Shown here one piece after another: positions 36,788-46,196 of a stretch of 64,000 bases of DNA. Each line of letters begins with the position of its first letter. The first letter of the stretch is position 1. The position numbers were made by a program, and so were the translations under genes. Origin of the DNA: Bifidobacterium breve. GTDB taxonomy: Bacteria > Actinomycetota > Acidimicrobiia > IMCC26256 > JAENVU01. The DNA lies in contig CAMBEL010000001.1 in assembly GCA_945865605.1 (NCBI GenBank), forward strand, positions 30,885 through 94,884, in the 5' to 3' direction. Under the pieces are notes generated by a model that was not told the origin of the DNA, made no database searches, and worked only from the letters and a program-made list of their open reading frames with translations.

Positions 36788-37676
36788 AGTGCACCCTGCG
36801 TTCAAGGACCTTCATCTGCACGAGCGTCAGCACTAGCGTGATCGAAAATAGGGCGACTGCCAACACCGCGGCTTTGCCGTCATTGTTCTCTGTCCGGAGA
36901 GTCGTGAATACGTAGTACGTGAGCACGTTCGTCTTGCCGAGGGGTCCCCCTTGCGTCAGCAGGTCAATCTGACCAAATGTTTGGAAGGCGAATATTCCCC
37001 CGATCACCACAGCGAAAAAGATCGTCGGCGAAAGCAACGGCATCGTGACCCTAAAGAAACGGCTCCATGCGGCCGCACCATCAATGCGGGCCGCTTCATG
37101 TAGTTCATCGGGGATTGCTTGAAGCCCGGACGCCATCAAAATGAATGTGAGCCCAAGCGTCTGCCAAACCGTGATTAAGGCGACTGCAATTAGTGCCCAG
37201 TCTGGATTGTCGAGGATTGGGGGCTGTGGGTTGATCCCGAGCCACGGCAGCAAACCGACAACTGGGTTGAACAGGGTGCCAAAGATCACTGATGCAACCG
37301 CAACGGAGGTTGCAACCGTTGACGAGAAGATCGTGCGATAAATAGCGATTCCGCGAAGTTGTTGGTGCGCGAGGACTGCGAGACCCAGACCAAGCGCAAT
37401 TCCTAGCGGCACGGTCAAGAACGCGAATGCGACTGTCGTGCGGACGCTGTTCAGGAACACGCTCGACGTGAGAACTTCTTGGTATTGGCTAAGCCCGACA
37501 AAGCGGTTCGGTAATCCCGGGAAAGGTGGCGTCTTGAAGAAACCGAGATAGAAGTTTGAGAGGAATGGGTAAAAGATGAACACTGCGAAGATCACGAGAG
37601 ACGGACCGAGCAACAGGTAAGCCAGACCGCTCTCGCGCAACCGCCGTCGGGACTTGGCGCTACGCGTAGAAATCAC
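36777..37676 (-). CDS. carbohydrate ABC transporter permease (MalF/UgpA-like)
   Basis: 299 aa with the EAA loop HEAARIDGAAAWSRFFRVTMPLL. Confidence 0.85.
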   Translation of the reverse strand: MISTRSAKSRRRLRESGLAYLLLGPSLVIFAVFIFYPFLSNFYLGFFKTPPFPGLPNRFVGLSQYQEVLTSSVFLNSVRTTVAFAFLTVPLGIALGLGLAVLAHQQLRGIAIYRTIFSSTVATSVAVASVIFGTLFNPVVGLLPWLGINPQPPILDNPDWALIAVALITVWQTLGLTFILMASGLQAIPDELHEAARIDGAAAWSRFFRVTMPLLSPTIFFAVVIGGIFAFQTFGQIDLLTQGGPLGKTNVLTYYVFTTLRTENNDGKAAVLAVALFSITLVLTLVQMKVLERRVHYAR

Positions 37677-38776
37677 AGCGTCTCAATTGCTTCTTCGGTG
37701 ACACCGTCAAAGATATGTAATTCGAGTGGGTCTACGGTGAGATTGATTCGCTCGCCAACGAGCGGTGCTGGCTCGCTTGAACTCAATCGCGAGATAACCA
37801 TCTGCCCATCTGCGAGGCGACAATCCACGTGACGCTCATGGCCGAGGGACTCGATGACGGCGACAGTCGCGACGAGCCCCCCTTCGGTCGCTGGTCGAAG
37901 ATGTTCTGGGCGCACGCCTAGGACGACAGTTTTCGCTCCCGACCGTTCGATCGCGGCGCAATGTCCTGCAGGCAGAGGAATAACCGTGCCCTCGACACCG
38001 ATTCCAAACGAACCCGCAGGATCCGATGCGGTTCGCACGATCGGACCACTCACGGTATTCATCGGTGGGTTCCCGATGAAACGAGCTACGAAAAGGTTTG
38101 CCGGGTGGTCATACACCGCCTGGGGAGGACCGACCTGCTGCAACTTGCCGTCGGCCATGATCGCGATTCGGTGCCCCATTGTCATGCCTTCGACTTGATC
38201 GTGCGTTACGTAGATAACAGTGGTGGCCAGTTCGCGCTGTAGTTCAATGAGTTCGGCTCGGGTCTGTACGCGCAACTTTGCATCGAGATTTGAGAGCGGC
38301 TCATCCATCAGGAATACCTTCGGGCGTCGAACGATTGCGCGTGCAAGAGCGACACGTTGTCTTTGGCCTCCCGATAGTTGCGCAGGCTTGCGGTCGAGCA
38401 GAGTCTCGAGGCCTAGGGACTCGGCTGCATCGCGAACCAACTTCTCGCGCTCGTCGGATGCGACCTTGCGTGTGCGCAACGGAAACTCGATGTTCTTGCG
38501 CACCGACATGTGCGGATAAAGCGCGTAACTTTGAAACACCATCGCTACATCGCGATCTTTCGCCTCCACGTCATTGACTATGGATTCGCCAATCTCGATG
38601 GTTCCTTCCGACGGCTCCTCAAGACCCGCGATCATTCGCAGCGCGGTGGACTTGCCGCATCCAGACGGACCCAGAAGAACCAGAAACTCCTCATCGAACA
38701 CGTCGAGGCTCAGGTCGTTTACGGCGACGACATCACCGAAGCGCTTCGTAACGTGATCGAACGTGACCCCAGCCAT
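37673..38776 (-). CDS. ABC transporter ATP-binding protein (MalK/UgpC-like)
   Basis: GPSGCGKST (Walker A), LSGGQRQRVALARA, FLMDEPLSNLD, and a C-terminal TOBE-like domain. Confidence 0.9.
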   Translation of the reverse strand: MAGVTFDHVTKRFGDVVAVNDLSLDVFDEEFLVLLGPSGCGKSTALRMIAGLEEPSEGTIEIGESIVNDVEAKDRDVAMVFQSYALYPHMSVRKNIEFPLRTRKVASDEREKLVRDAAESLGLETLLDRKPAQLSGGQRQRVALARAIVRRPKVFLMDEPLSNLDAKLRVQTRAELIELQRELATTVIYVTHDQVEGMTMGHRIAIMADGKLQQVGPPQAVYDHPANLFVARFIGNPPMNTVSGPIVRTASDPAGSFGIGVEGTVIPLPAGHCAAIERSGAKTVVLGVRPEHLRPATEGGLVATVAVIESLGHERHVDCRLADGQMVISRLSSSEPAPLVGERINLTVDPLELHIFDGVTEEAIETL

Positions 38777-38831
38777 TGCACCCCACAATCGGTAGATGTT
38801 TGACCCTAGACGGGCTGCATCGCTGAGGGGT

Positions 38832-40523
38832 TCAACCGCGCAGGAATAATGCCTCTGGGTCCCACATACGAAGGGCGGCCAATTCGTCCGCTGTCGGAGG
38901 TGCCAACTCGCGCACCGCGGGAGCCACCTTCAACTCCCATCCGCATGCAGCCTTAGCGGCATCTATGCGTAATTCAAGTGACGCTGCTCCGACTGGTACT
39001 GCGGTCAATACCAGTTCGTCGCCTAGTTCCAACTTCTCCAACAGGCCGAGGTCGGTCACCAACGCTCGTACCGCGTTGCCTGGCGAGGTGATGTATCCAC
39101 ACTCCGTCGGTGTTCGTTGCGGCGTGAGGGTCGCAATGATGATGCACTCCTCGGCAGTACTCGCGACGTCATTGCCTCCACCTGACCCAACCAGGAATGG
39201 GCCGTCTGATATCTGAGTGCTGTTGACATTTCCGTGACGGTCTACCTGTGCTCCGCCCAGGCAACCGATTGTCGTTGTGCCGGGACCCCCAACGAGAGTT
39301 CCCAAAACCATCGCCGCGTCACCGAGCATTGTGGCGGAAGGAAAATTGCGATGATTCAGAACGAACGGCTCTCCGGGAGCTGGCTCGTAACCCCATAGAC
39401 CAATCTCTGCGGTGAGCTGAACTTCGCTGCCTTGTTGATGAGCGAGGCGCACCCCAAGCCACGCTGCAAGATTGGCGACCCCCGCACCGGCTAACACCGC
39501 ATCGGCGTCGAGAGCCAATACGCGTTCCGCAAGATGGCGCGCTCCGTATGTCGCAGCTTGCTCCCAAGAATTCGCCGGTGCATCTAGATCTACGGCATTG
39601 GAATCTTGATCCCACGTTCCCGGTTTGTCATTCGCCTTGCCGATCAAACGCGCAATGCGGTCTTCCCCTAGGCGTTCCAGGTACGCGTCCTGATTCTCTG
39701 GTTCAAGCACCCAACGTGCAATCCACTCGTCGTAGTCATCGCTTCGCGATGCGGCGCGTGCGTCGATAAAGAATTCGTAGTCCTCTCCGTAGCCCTCGAC
39801 TGGCAGGCCACGCGTGAACAGACCGCCGGGGTGAGCCCCCATTGGAGTCTCACAGATCGCGAGTACGCGGTGCGCTGGTATACGTACACAATCCGCAACC
39901 TCACTTAAGTCGTCTACAACACATTCCACGGTGACGATGGCGCCTCTGCGCGCACCAAGTGCTCCCCACACGCCCTCGAGCATTGGCGCCGAAAGTGCGA
40001 CGTTGCCCTGTCGGTCCGCTACCGGAGCGTGCAGCAATGCAACATCGGGTGCAAGCGGGCCCAGAAGTCCAACTTCTCCAAATGGCGAATCGACACGAGC
40101 AAATGCGTCGTTGGTTTCCATAGTGGAACCAACGATTGATCGAGTGACAATTGCGGGCAAGCCCTTAGCGGCCGCCTCTAACCTTTGGCTAAGTGCAAGG
40201 AATGACCAGTGCTCTACCGCTACGTCTCCCGATTGGTAACCGCGCTGGAACCATGGGTTGGGCGTGAAATTCGGGAATGTGTCTCCTGAGTATCCAGTAA
40301 TTACGCGTTCGACCAGCCCGCCGCGGAAGAACAGGGCTCCGAGGCTGGAGAGGCTCAACATGATCAACGTGAATTTTGGGTCGCGCCCCCACCATTGACG
40401 TATGACCTCTCTAGCTGATGCCGTCCACCGCGAGTGGCCCACCACGATGTGCAGGGAATCGCCAGCGCGCACATGTTCCGCCACTGCATCGTGCAGGCTC
40501 ATCAACTTCTTGTCGGTCGCCAT
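38832..40523 (-). CDS. family I CoA-transferase with fused A-like and B-like halves (glutaconate-CoA-transferase/IpdAB-like)
   Basis: 563 aa. The N-terminal half resembles subunit A (LHDAVAEHVRAGDSLHIV...). The C-terminal half resembles subunit B (GGAQVDRHGNVNST..VGSGGGNDV). Confidence 0.65.
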   Translation of the reverse strand: MATDKKLMSLHDAVAEHVRAGDSLHIVVGHSRWTASAREVIRQWWGRDPKFTLIMLSLSSLGALFFRGGLVERVITGYSGDTFPNFTPNPWFQRGYQSGDVAVEHWSFLALSQRLEAAAKGLPAIVTRSIVGSTMETNDAFARVDSPFGEVGLLGPLAPDVALLHAPVADRQGNVALSAPMLEGVWGALGARRGAIVTVECVVDDLSEVADCVRIPAHRVLAICETPMGAHPGGLFTRGLPVEGYGEDYEFFIDARAASRSDDYDEWIARWVLEPENQDAYLERLGEDRIARLIGKANDKPGTWDQDSNAVDLDAPANSWEQAATYGARHLAERVLALDADAVLAGAGVANLAAWLGVRLAHQQGSEVQLTAEIGLWGYEPAPGEPFVLNHRNFPSATMLGDAAMVLGTLVGGPGTTTIGCLGGAQVDRHGNVNSTQISDGPFLVGSGGGNDVASTAEECIIIATLTPQRTPTECGYITSPGNAVRALVTDLGLLEKLELGDELVLTAVPVGAASLELRIDAAKAACGWELKVAPAVRELAPPTADELAALRMWDPEALFLRG

Positions 40524-40555
40524 GGCTTACACGGCGTCCAACGTTGCAAGAACGC

Positions 40556-41650
40556 TCACGTGTGATCCAGAACCAGGTCGGCAACCCTGCGGCGTTGCCA
40601 CCCTTGGTAACCAAACAAGATGTCGTTCTGTTTTGCGCGCTTATAAAAAAGTTGCGCGTTGCAGTCCCACGTGAACCCGACTGCCCCATGAACCTGAATG
40701 TTCTCCGATGTAACGAACACCGCCGCCTCGGACATGGAACTCTTCGCGATCGCTGCCGCACGTTCCTTATCGGGATCCCCAACATCGGACGCCCAAGCCG
40801 CGAAGTGCACGCCTACTCGCCCTAACTCGAGCTTGTGGAGCATGTCTACGATCTTGTGCTGAATTACCTGGTGCGTTGCGATGGGCTTGTCGAACTGAAC
40901 ACGGGTCTTGGAGTAGTCAACTGCCATTTCAAGCGCGCCTTCGCACACACCAACTAGTTCCGCTGCTAGTCCTACGCTGCAACTGTCTGAGATCGATCGC
41001 CAGATCGCGCTGTGGTCGCCAACAGGCCCCAACGGCTGCGCGGGCGTTTCGTCGAAAACGAGGCGGGCCGCTTTGCGCGTTGGGTCCATTACCGGAACCG
41101 ATTCACCCTGAGGCGCTCGCAGCAGGAAAGAGCCCAGACCTTCGTGCGTGCGCGCTGCGACTATCACCCAATCTGCAGTATGGCCATCGATCACCAGCGG
41201 CTTAACACCACTAAGGACCCAGCTAGCGCCCTTTCGGCGCGCACGGGTATGAACGCTTTCGACAGGGTCACCTGACCCGTTCTCCGAAAGAGAGATCGTC
41301 CCGCGTTCCGCGCCCGCTGCCAGTGCTTCGAGGAGTTCGGTTGCGCCTAACTCGCGTGCTGCGGTTGTCGCGGCGATCGCCGACGAAAAGTAGGGACCGG
41401 GGAAAGGTAGGCGGCCCATTTCTTCCAGCACGACAACTACGTCGACGAGACCGAGCCCTAGTCCACCGTTCTCTTCAGGCACGAGTACCCCGGTCCAACC
41501 AAGATCAACGATTTCACGCCAGCACTCGTCGGTAAAGCCCCGATCGTCATCGACCATCGCCCGCAGGTATTCGCTAGGCGCTTTGTCTGCGAGCCATGCG
41601 CGAACGGTGTCCCTCAGTACATCCTGGTCGGGAGAGAAGGTGAAATCCAT
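40556..41650 (-). CDS. acyl-CoA dehydrogenase family protein, beta-type subunit-like
   Basis: Start MDFTFSPDQDVLRD at ATG 41650. The C-terminus reads LFGYQGWQRR in place of YEGT.EIQ. The upstream ORF extension was rejected. Confidence 0.8.
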   Translation of the reverse strand: MDFTFSPDQDVLRDTVRAWLADKAPSEYLRAMVDDDRGFTDECWREIVDLGWTGVLVPEENGGLGLGLVDVVVVLEEMGRLPFPGPYFSSAIAATTAARELGATELLEALAAGAERGTISLSENGSGDPVESVHTRARRKGASWVLSGVKPLVIDGHTADWVIVAARTHEGLGSFLLRAPQGESVPVMDPTRKAARLVFDETPAQPLGPVGDHSAIWRSISDSCSVGLAAELVGVCEGALEMAVDYSKTRVQFDKPIATHQVIQHKIVDMLHKLELGRVGVHFAAWASDVGDPDKERAAAIAKSSMSEAAVFVTSENIQVHGAVGFTWDCNAQLFYKRAKQNDILFGYQGWQRRRVADLVLDHT

Positions 41651-41667
41651 GGACGTGACACTATCGA

Positions 41668-41693
41668 GAAACCTGACACGCGTGTTAGGTTCC
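41668..41693. promoter_or_regulatory. 26-bp near-perfect palindrome GAAACCTGACACGCGTGTTAGGTTCC between divergent fadE genes
   Basis: 22 of 26 positions are self-complementary around the centre ACACGCGTGT. Confidence 0.4.
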
Positions 41694-41699
41694 GGTCCC

Positions 41700-42932
41700 T
41701 TGGACTTCGCGCTCACACCTGATGACGTTGCATTTCGTGACGAGTTGCGGTCGTGGCTCGACGCGAACCTGATTTCGTTCCTTGAACATTGGGGAGCCGA
41801 CGACGACCAAGCCCTCCACCTCACGGGCGCGAGCAACACCAAATCAGAGGGATTCGCACGCACGCAGGAACGGCGCAAAGATTGGCAACGGCGTCTCGAC
41901 GATGGACGGTGGGCAGCGATCAACTGGCCGGTCGACTGGCACGGCAGAGAAGCCACCCCTATCCAGAACGCGATTTATTCCGAAGAGATGGCCCGAGTTC
42001 GCGCACCGGGTATTTACAACGCGAACGGCATCTGGCAGATCGGGCCGATGATCATCAAGTGTGGGACTGAAGAGCAACACCAGCGTTGGCTTCCGGGCAT
42101 CTTGTCGGCCGACGATCATTGGTGCCAAGGATTCAGTGAACCTGAGGCGGGATCCGATCTCGCGAACATGCGAACCACCGCCATACGCGATGGTGACCAT
42201 TACGTAGTGAACGGGCAGAAGACCTGGATCTCAAGCGCGCATCTCGCGCAATGGGGACTGTTCCTACTTAGGACTGACCCAACCGCATTCGAACGAAATG
42301 CGAAGCATGAGGGAATAACCGCCTTCATCATCGATATGCGTACGCCGGGAATCGAGTGTCGACCGATCCGCGATATCACAGGCGACACGATGCTCAATGA
42401 AGTGTTCTTCACCGACGTCGACGTACCTGCAGATTGTCGGCTCGGCGGTGAAGGCGAAGGTTGGCAGGTTGCGATGAGCACTCTCGGACATGAGCGTGTT
42501 GGCACCGCCGGGCTTTCGATCACTATGGCCGCCGACCTGAAGTCAATGATTTCAACGGCGCGCGCAGTCAACCCCGAGGCGCTCAATGACCCCGAATTGA
42601 GAGATCGCATTGGAAGAGCATTCACAGCGATCGAACTAACTCGACTGCTCAACTACCGCGCTCTGACGAAGATTATGAAGGGACTCCCCAACTGGCCAGA
42701 GGTCCCGCTCGCAAAACTGCAGTGGTCAGAGATCAGCCAGACACTCGCGGAACTCGGTGTCGATCTGCTCGGTCCTGCGGGACTCCTCTTGAAGGGTGGC
42801 CCCGACGCTGTCGACGGTGGCACCTGGACACGTAGTTACTCCTGGCAGCGATATACCTCAATCGGCGCCGGAGCGACTGAGATCCAAAAGAACATCATCG
42901 CCAAGAAGGCGATCAAACTGCCTCGCAAGTAG
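41700..42932 (+). CDS. acyl-CoA dehydrogenase, alpha-type (FadE26-like)
   Basis: A TTG start at 41700 gives MDFALTPDDVAFRDELRSWL, collinear with the paralogue at 29651. The alternative ATG at 41649 would overlap the divergent gene's ATG (CCATGG). Also has FSEPEAGSDLANM and SIGAGATEIQKN. Confidence 0.8.
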   Translation: MDFALTPDDVAFRDELRSWLDANLISFLEHWGADDDQALHLTGASNTKSEGFARTQERRKDWQRRLDDGRWAAINWPVDWHGREATPIQNAIYSEEMARVRAPGIYNANGIWQIGPMIIKCGTEEQHQRWLPGILSADDHWCQGFSEPEAGSDLANMRTTAIRDGDHYVVNGQKTWISSAHLAQWGLFLLRTDPTAFERNAKHEGITAFIIDMRTPGIECRPIRDITGDTMLNEVFFTDVDVPADCRLGGEGEGWQVAMSTLGHERVGTAGLSITMAADLKSMISTARAVNPEALNDPELRDRIGRAFTAIELTRLLNYRALTKIMKGLPNWPEVPLAKLQWSEISQTLAELGVDLLGPAGLLLKGGPDAVDGGTWTRSYSWQRYTSIGAGATEIQKNIIAKKAIKLPRK

Positions 42933-42940
42933 GAGGGATC

Positions 42941-43816
42941 GTGCGACTCGGAATAGTCACACCGGTCGTCACTCGTCTTCCCGGTGCACACGCTCAATGG
43001 GAGACCACGGCAGGAATACATGAACTTACACAGGTTGTAGTCGAGGCGGAACGTCTCGGTTACGACTTCTGTACGTGTAGCGAACACGTCGCCATTCCAT
43101 TCGACGTCGCGCAGACACGCGGGTCTACTTACTGGGATCCACTGGCGACGTTCGGTTACTTGGCGGCGAGTACTTCTACAATCCGCCTCGCAACGTTTGT
43201 GCTCGTGCTCGGCTACCACCATCCACTCGACATCGCGAAGCGCTATGGAACCCTCGACGCGATCAGCGGAGGCCGTGTGGTACTCGGAGTAGGAGTCGGT
43301 TCCCTCGAAGAAGAATTCGTACTGCTTGGCGCCGAGTTCGAGGACCGAGGTGTATTGGCCGACGACGCGATGCGCGCTCTGCGTGCCGGCTTGTCGCAAC
43401 ACGAACCGGAGTACGACGGCAGCTACTACACCTTCGGCGGGATGATCGTTGATCCTTGCGCTGTTCAGGTACATCTGCCCCTTTGGGTGGGAGGGCGTAC
43501 CGCTCGTTCGCTACGGCGCGCCGTTGAACTCGGCGACGGGTGGGCACCGTTTGGTCTACGCACCGGGGATCTTTCTGAAATGCTCAATCGGGCACGGGAG
43601 ACAGACGCGTGGGCAAGAAGGCGCCTTCCGTTAGAGGTAGTTGTGCAGAACGACCGACCGTTCGATCCGCTTGATGAGCCGGATCGGGTGAGCGAACAAC
43701 TGGGCCGTTACATAGAACTTGGCGCAACCGGACTGGCAGCAAGATTCATTCATCACTCAATCGATCACTACTGCGAACAATTGGCGGCTCTAGCAACTCT
43801 CGCTGCGTCCCTGTGA
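42941..43816 (+). CDS. LLM-class (luciferase-like) F420-dependent oxidoreductase
   Basis: 291 aa. GTG start behind GGAGGG. MRLGIVTP...LGYDFCTCSEHVAIP...GGRVVLGVGVGSLEEEF. Confidence 0.75.
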   Translation: MRLGIVTPVVTRLPGAHAQWETTAGIHELTQVVVEAERLGYDFCTCSEHVAIPFDVAQTRGSTYWDPLATFGYLAASTSTIRLATFVLVLGYHHPLDIAKRYGTLDAISGGRVVLGVGVGSLEEEFVLLGAEFEDRGVLADDAMRALRAGLSQHEPEYDGSYYTFGGMIVDPCAVQVHLPLWVGGRTARSLRRAVELGDGWAPFGLRTGDLSEMLNRARETDAWARRRLPLEVVVQNDRPFDPLDEPDRVSEQLGRYIELGATGLAARFIHHSIDHYCEQLAALATLAASL

Positions 43817-43845
43817 AGTTGCACTAGCCGGACCAAACTGAAGGC

Positions 43846-44883
43846 GTGAGTACCCGACGCTTGGAGTTTCTCGATGCCTTGCGCGGTGTCGCGGCGATTG
43901 CTGTCGTTGTTCAGCATGGCGCTGAACAGTGGTGGCCGGCGTTCGAAACGTTCTCCCGCGAGACGTTCGACTTCGGACGTTTCGGAGTATGCGTCTTCTT
44001 CCTTGTAAGCGGGTACATCATTCCGACGAGCCTCGAAGGCGAGGGATCGCTCAGAAGATTCTGGACGGGCAGGGTGTTCCGCCTCTACCCGGCCTACTGG
44101 TTATCAATCGCGTTGTTGTTACTCGTATCGCTTTGGGAACCATCCACCTTCAGCCCCGAATACCAACTTCACCAGGCTGGATACACGCTCATAAATCTAA
44201 CGATGCTCGAACAGTTTGTGGGCGCGCCAATGGCGAGCGGCGTTTACTACACGCTCACAATTGAACTCGTGTTCTACATGACATGTTCGGCGCTATTCGC
44301 AGTCGGGCTTCTGCGTCGGTCTTACCTACTCGCGGCATCGGCCGTGGGCGCACTAACGGCCTTCTGCGTCGTGTTGCCGCTGATTCTTGATCGACGCCTA
44401 CCGGCGGCAATCCCATTTTATTTGGCAACGATGTTCATAGGAACCGTGTTGTTCCGTTTTGCACAGGGAACGGAGTCGCGCGCGCGCGTCATTGTGTTGC
44501 TCAGCTGTACGGCGATTGCGGGTGCCCTAACTACTTGGGTGAGTTATTCACACTTCGAGGTAAAGGAAGGCGGCAAGCAGTTTGAATTTGCGGGAGCATT
44601 CCTGCCGTGGCTTGCTGCATATGCACTTGTGGTGCTGGCCGTAACGCAGCGCGAGCGATCATTCCCGCGAGTGCTGCTGTTCTTGGGCCTCATCTCGTAC
44701 TCGGTATATCTATTGCACCCCGCCGTGCTCGCTGTCGTCGGAGACTGGCAAGACCATGTCCTCGCAATGGCGGTGTTGCTAGGGGCGACAGTCGCCATCT
44801 CCACAGCTGCGTATCGGGTGGTTGAGGCGCCGTCGATCGCGGTGGGACGAAGATTGAGAAGTCGAATGCGCGCTCGCTCTTAG
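43846..44883 (+). CDS. acyltransferase-3 family membrane O-acyltransferase
   Basis: 345 aa. LEFLDALRGVAAIAVVVQH, about 10 TM segments, and YSVYLLHP. Confidence 0.8.
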   Translation: MSTRRLEFLDALRGVAAIAVVVQHGAEQWWPAFETFSRETFDFGRFGVCVFFLVSGYIIPTSLEGEGSLRRFWTGRVFRLYPAYWLSIALLLLVSLWEPSTFSPEYQLHQAGYTLINLTMLEQFVGAPMASGVYYTLTIELVFYMTCSALFAVGLLRRSYLLAASAVGALTAFCVVLPLILDRRLPAAIPFYLATMFIGTVLFRFAQGTESRARVIVLLSCTAIAGALTTWVSYSHFEVKEGGKQFEFAGAFLPWLAAYALVVLAVTQRERSFPRVLLFLGLISYSVYLLHPAVLAVVGDWQDHVLAMAVLLGATVAISTAAYRVVEAPSIAVGRRLRSRMRARS

Positions 44884-46196
44884 GCGTTGATGTGACTCGC
44901 TAGGTCGGAGCGCCTCACCTTCCCCATCGAGTTCACGGGGATCTCCTCCATCACCAGGATTTCCTTCGGCCTTTTGTACGGCGCTACCTGCTCTCGCATC
45001 CACGCCATCAACGACTCCGCATCGATATCGCCTACCACTACAGCGCAGACGCGCTGTCCCCATTGTTCGTCGTCAACTCCAAATACGGCCGCGTCGCTAA
45101 CGCTCGGATGCTCAAGTAGAACGCGTTCGACTTCTAGCGGGTACACGTTGACACCACCAGAAATTACGAGATCATCGCGGCGGCCGTCTAGGTATAGAAA
45201 CTGCTCCGTATCCAACCTGCCTATGTCGCCCACCGTGAATGCACTGTCTCGCCATGCTGCTGAAGTGCGTTCCGCGTCGCGCCAGTACTCGAAACGCGCG
45301 TATTCGGGGACGCCACACCAGATCATGCCGTCGACATCAGTCGAAACCACCCTCCCCTGCCGCGCACGCCCTACGGTGCCGGGTCGTTCGAGCCAATCGT
45401 GTGGGCTGCAAGCCGTGACTTGTCCCTCGGTGGAACCGTAAAATTCCCAAAGCGCTCCGTCGGGCAACAGGCTCAACCAACGGCGTTTGAGTGCCTGGGG
45501 GCATGGTGCACCAGCGTGGGCGATAAGTCGGAACCCACCGAGCGAAGGCAACTCTGCGAGCGCAGCGAGCCGCTGCAAATGTGCGGGAACTACGAATGCA
45601 CTGGTCGGTTGGTACTGCTCTATCGCTGCGGCGAACGTCGGGGCATCGAAGCGGCCTGGAAGTAATACCGAGCCACCTGCGAGCAAAGTGCCCGCAGTGA
45701 ACCGCATCGGGGCAGAGTGATAAAGCGGGGAAGCGACGAGATGAATATCGCTGGCCACGAACCCCCACATCTCGCGCTCTTCAGCCAACAAGTTCGCCGC
45801 ATCGCTTTCATTGAGAAGTCCCGAGTACACCCCCTTGGGCGTGCCTGTAGTTCCCGACGTGTAAAGCATCGGACGCGCTAGTGGCCATGGCGCCAACTCG
45901 ACCTCGAGTTCGCCGCCAACCATCGCTTCAACTTCTTCGCCGCGTAACACCTTCGCTGGTTCAGAATTTGCGAGTAATGATTCCTGTTCTTTAACGAGCA
46001 AGTTCGCATGCAACAACACCGGGATTATGCCGGTGCGTAACGCGCCGAGAACAACTGCGATGAATGCCGGCGAACTGTTGGCGAGCAACGCGACCCGGTC
46101 ACCTGAACGTAGGCCAGCCCGCTTCAATTCTCCAGCTGCTTGGCGTTGGGCAATCTCGCTGTCTGCAGCGGTTACGAGTTGAGCCACTGACGTCAC
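44880..46196 (-). CDS. acyl-CoA synthetase (short AMP-binding form)
   Basis: 438 aa with YTSGTTGTPKGV, YGSTEG, GDIGRLD and GKVRR. Confidence 0.85.
   Translation of the reverse strand: MTSVAQLVTAADSEIAQRQAAGELKRAGLRSGDRVALLANSSPAFIAVVLGALRTGIIPVLLHANLLVKEQESLLANSEPAKVLRGEEVEAMVGGELEVELAPWPLARPMLYTSGTTGTPKGVYSGLLNESDAANLLAEEREMWGFVASDIHLVASPLYHSAPMRFTAGTLLAGGSVLLPGRFDAPTFAAAIEQYQPTSAFVVPAHLQRLAALAELPSLGGFRLIAHAGAPCPQALKRRWLSLLPDGALWEFYGSTEGQVTACSPHDWLERPGTVGRARQGRVVSTDVDGMIWCGVPEYARFEYWRDAERTSAAWRDSAFTVGDIGRLDTEQFLYLDGRRDDLVISGGVNVYPLEVERVLLEHPSVSDAAVFGVDDEQWGQRVCAVVVGDIDAESLMAWMREQVAPYKRPKEILVMEEIPVNSMGKVRRSDLASHINA

Noticed and set aside
41651-41956. Upstream extensions of the minus-strand ACAD (to 41956) and of the thiolase (47384-47593)
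   Set aside because: Both extensions are Arg/Ser-rich and overlap divergent genes. The family-typical N-termini (MDFTFSPDQ, MATREAVIVD) begin at internal ATGs.
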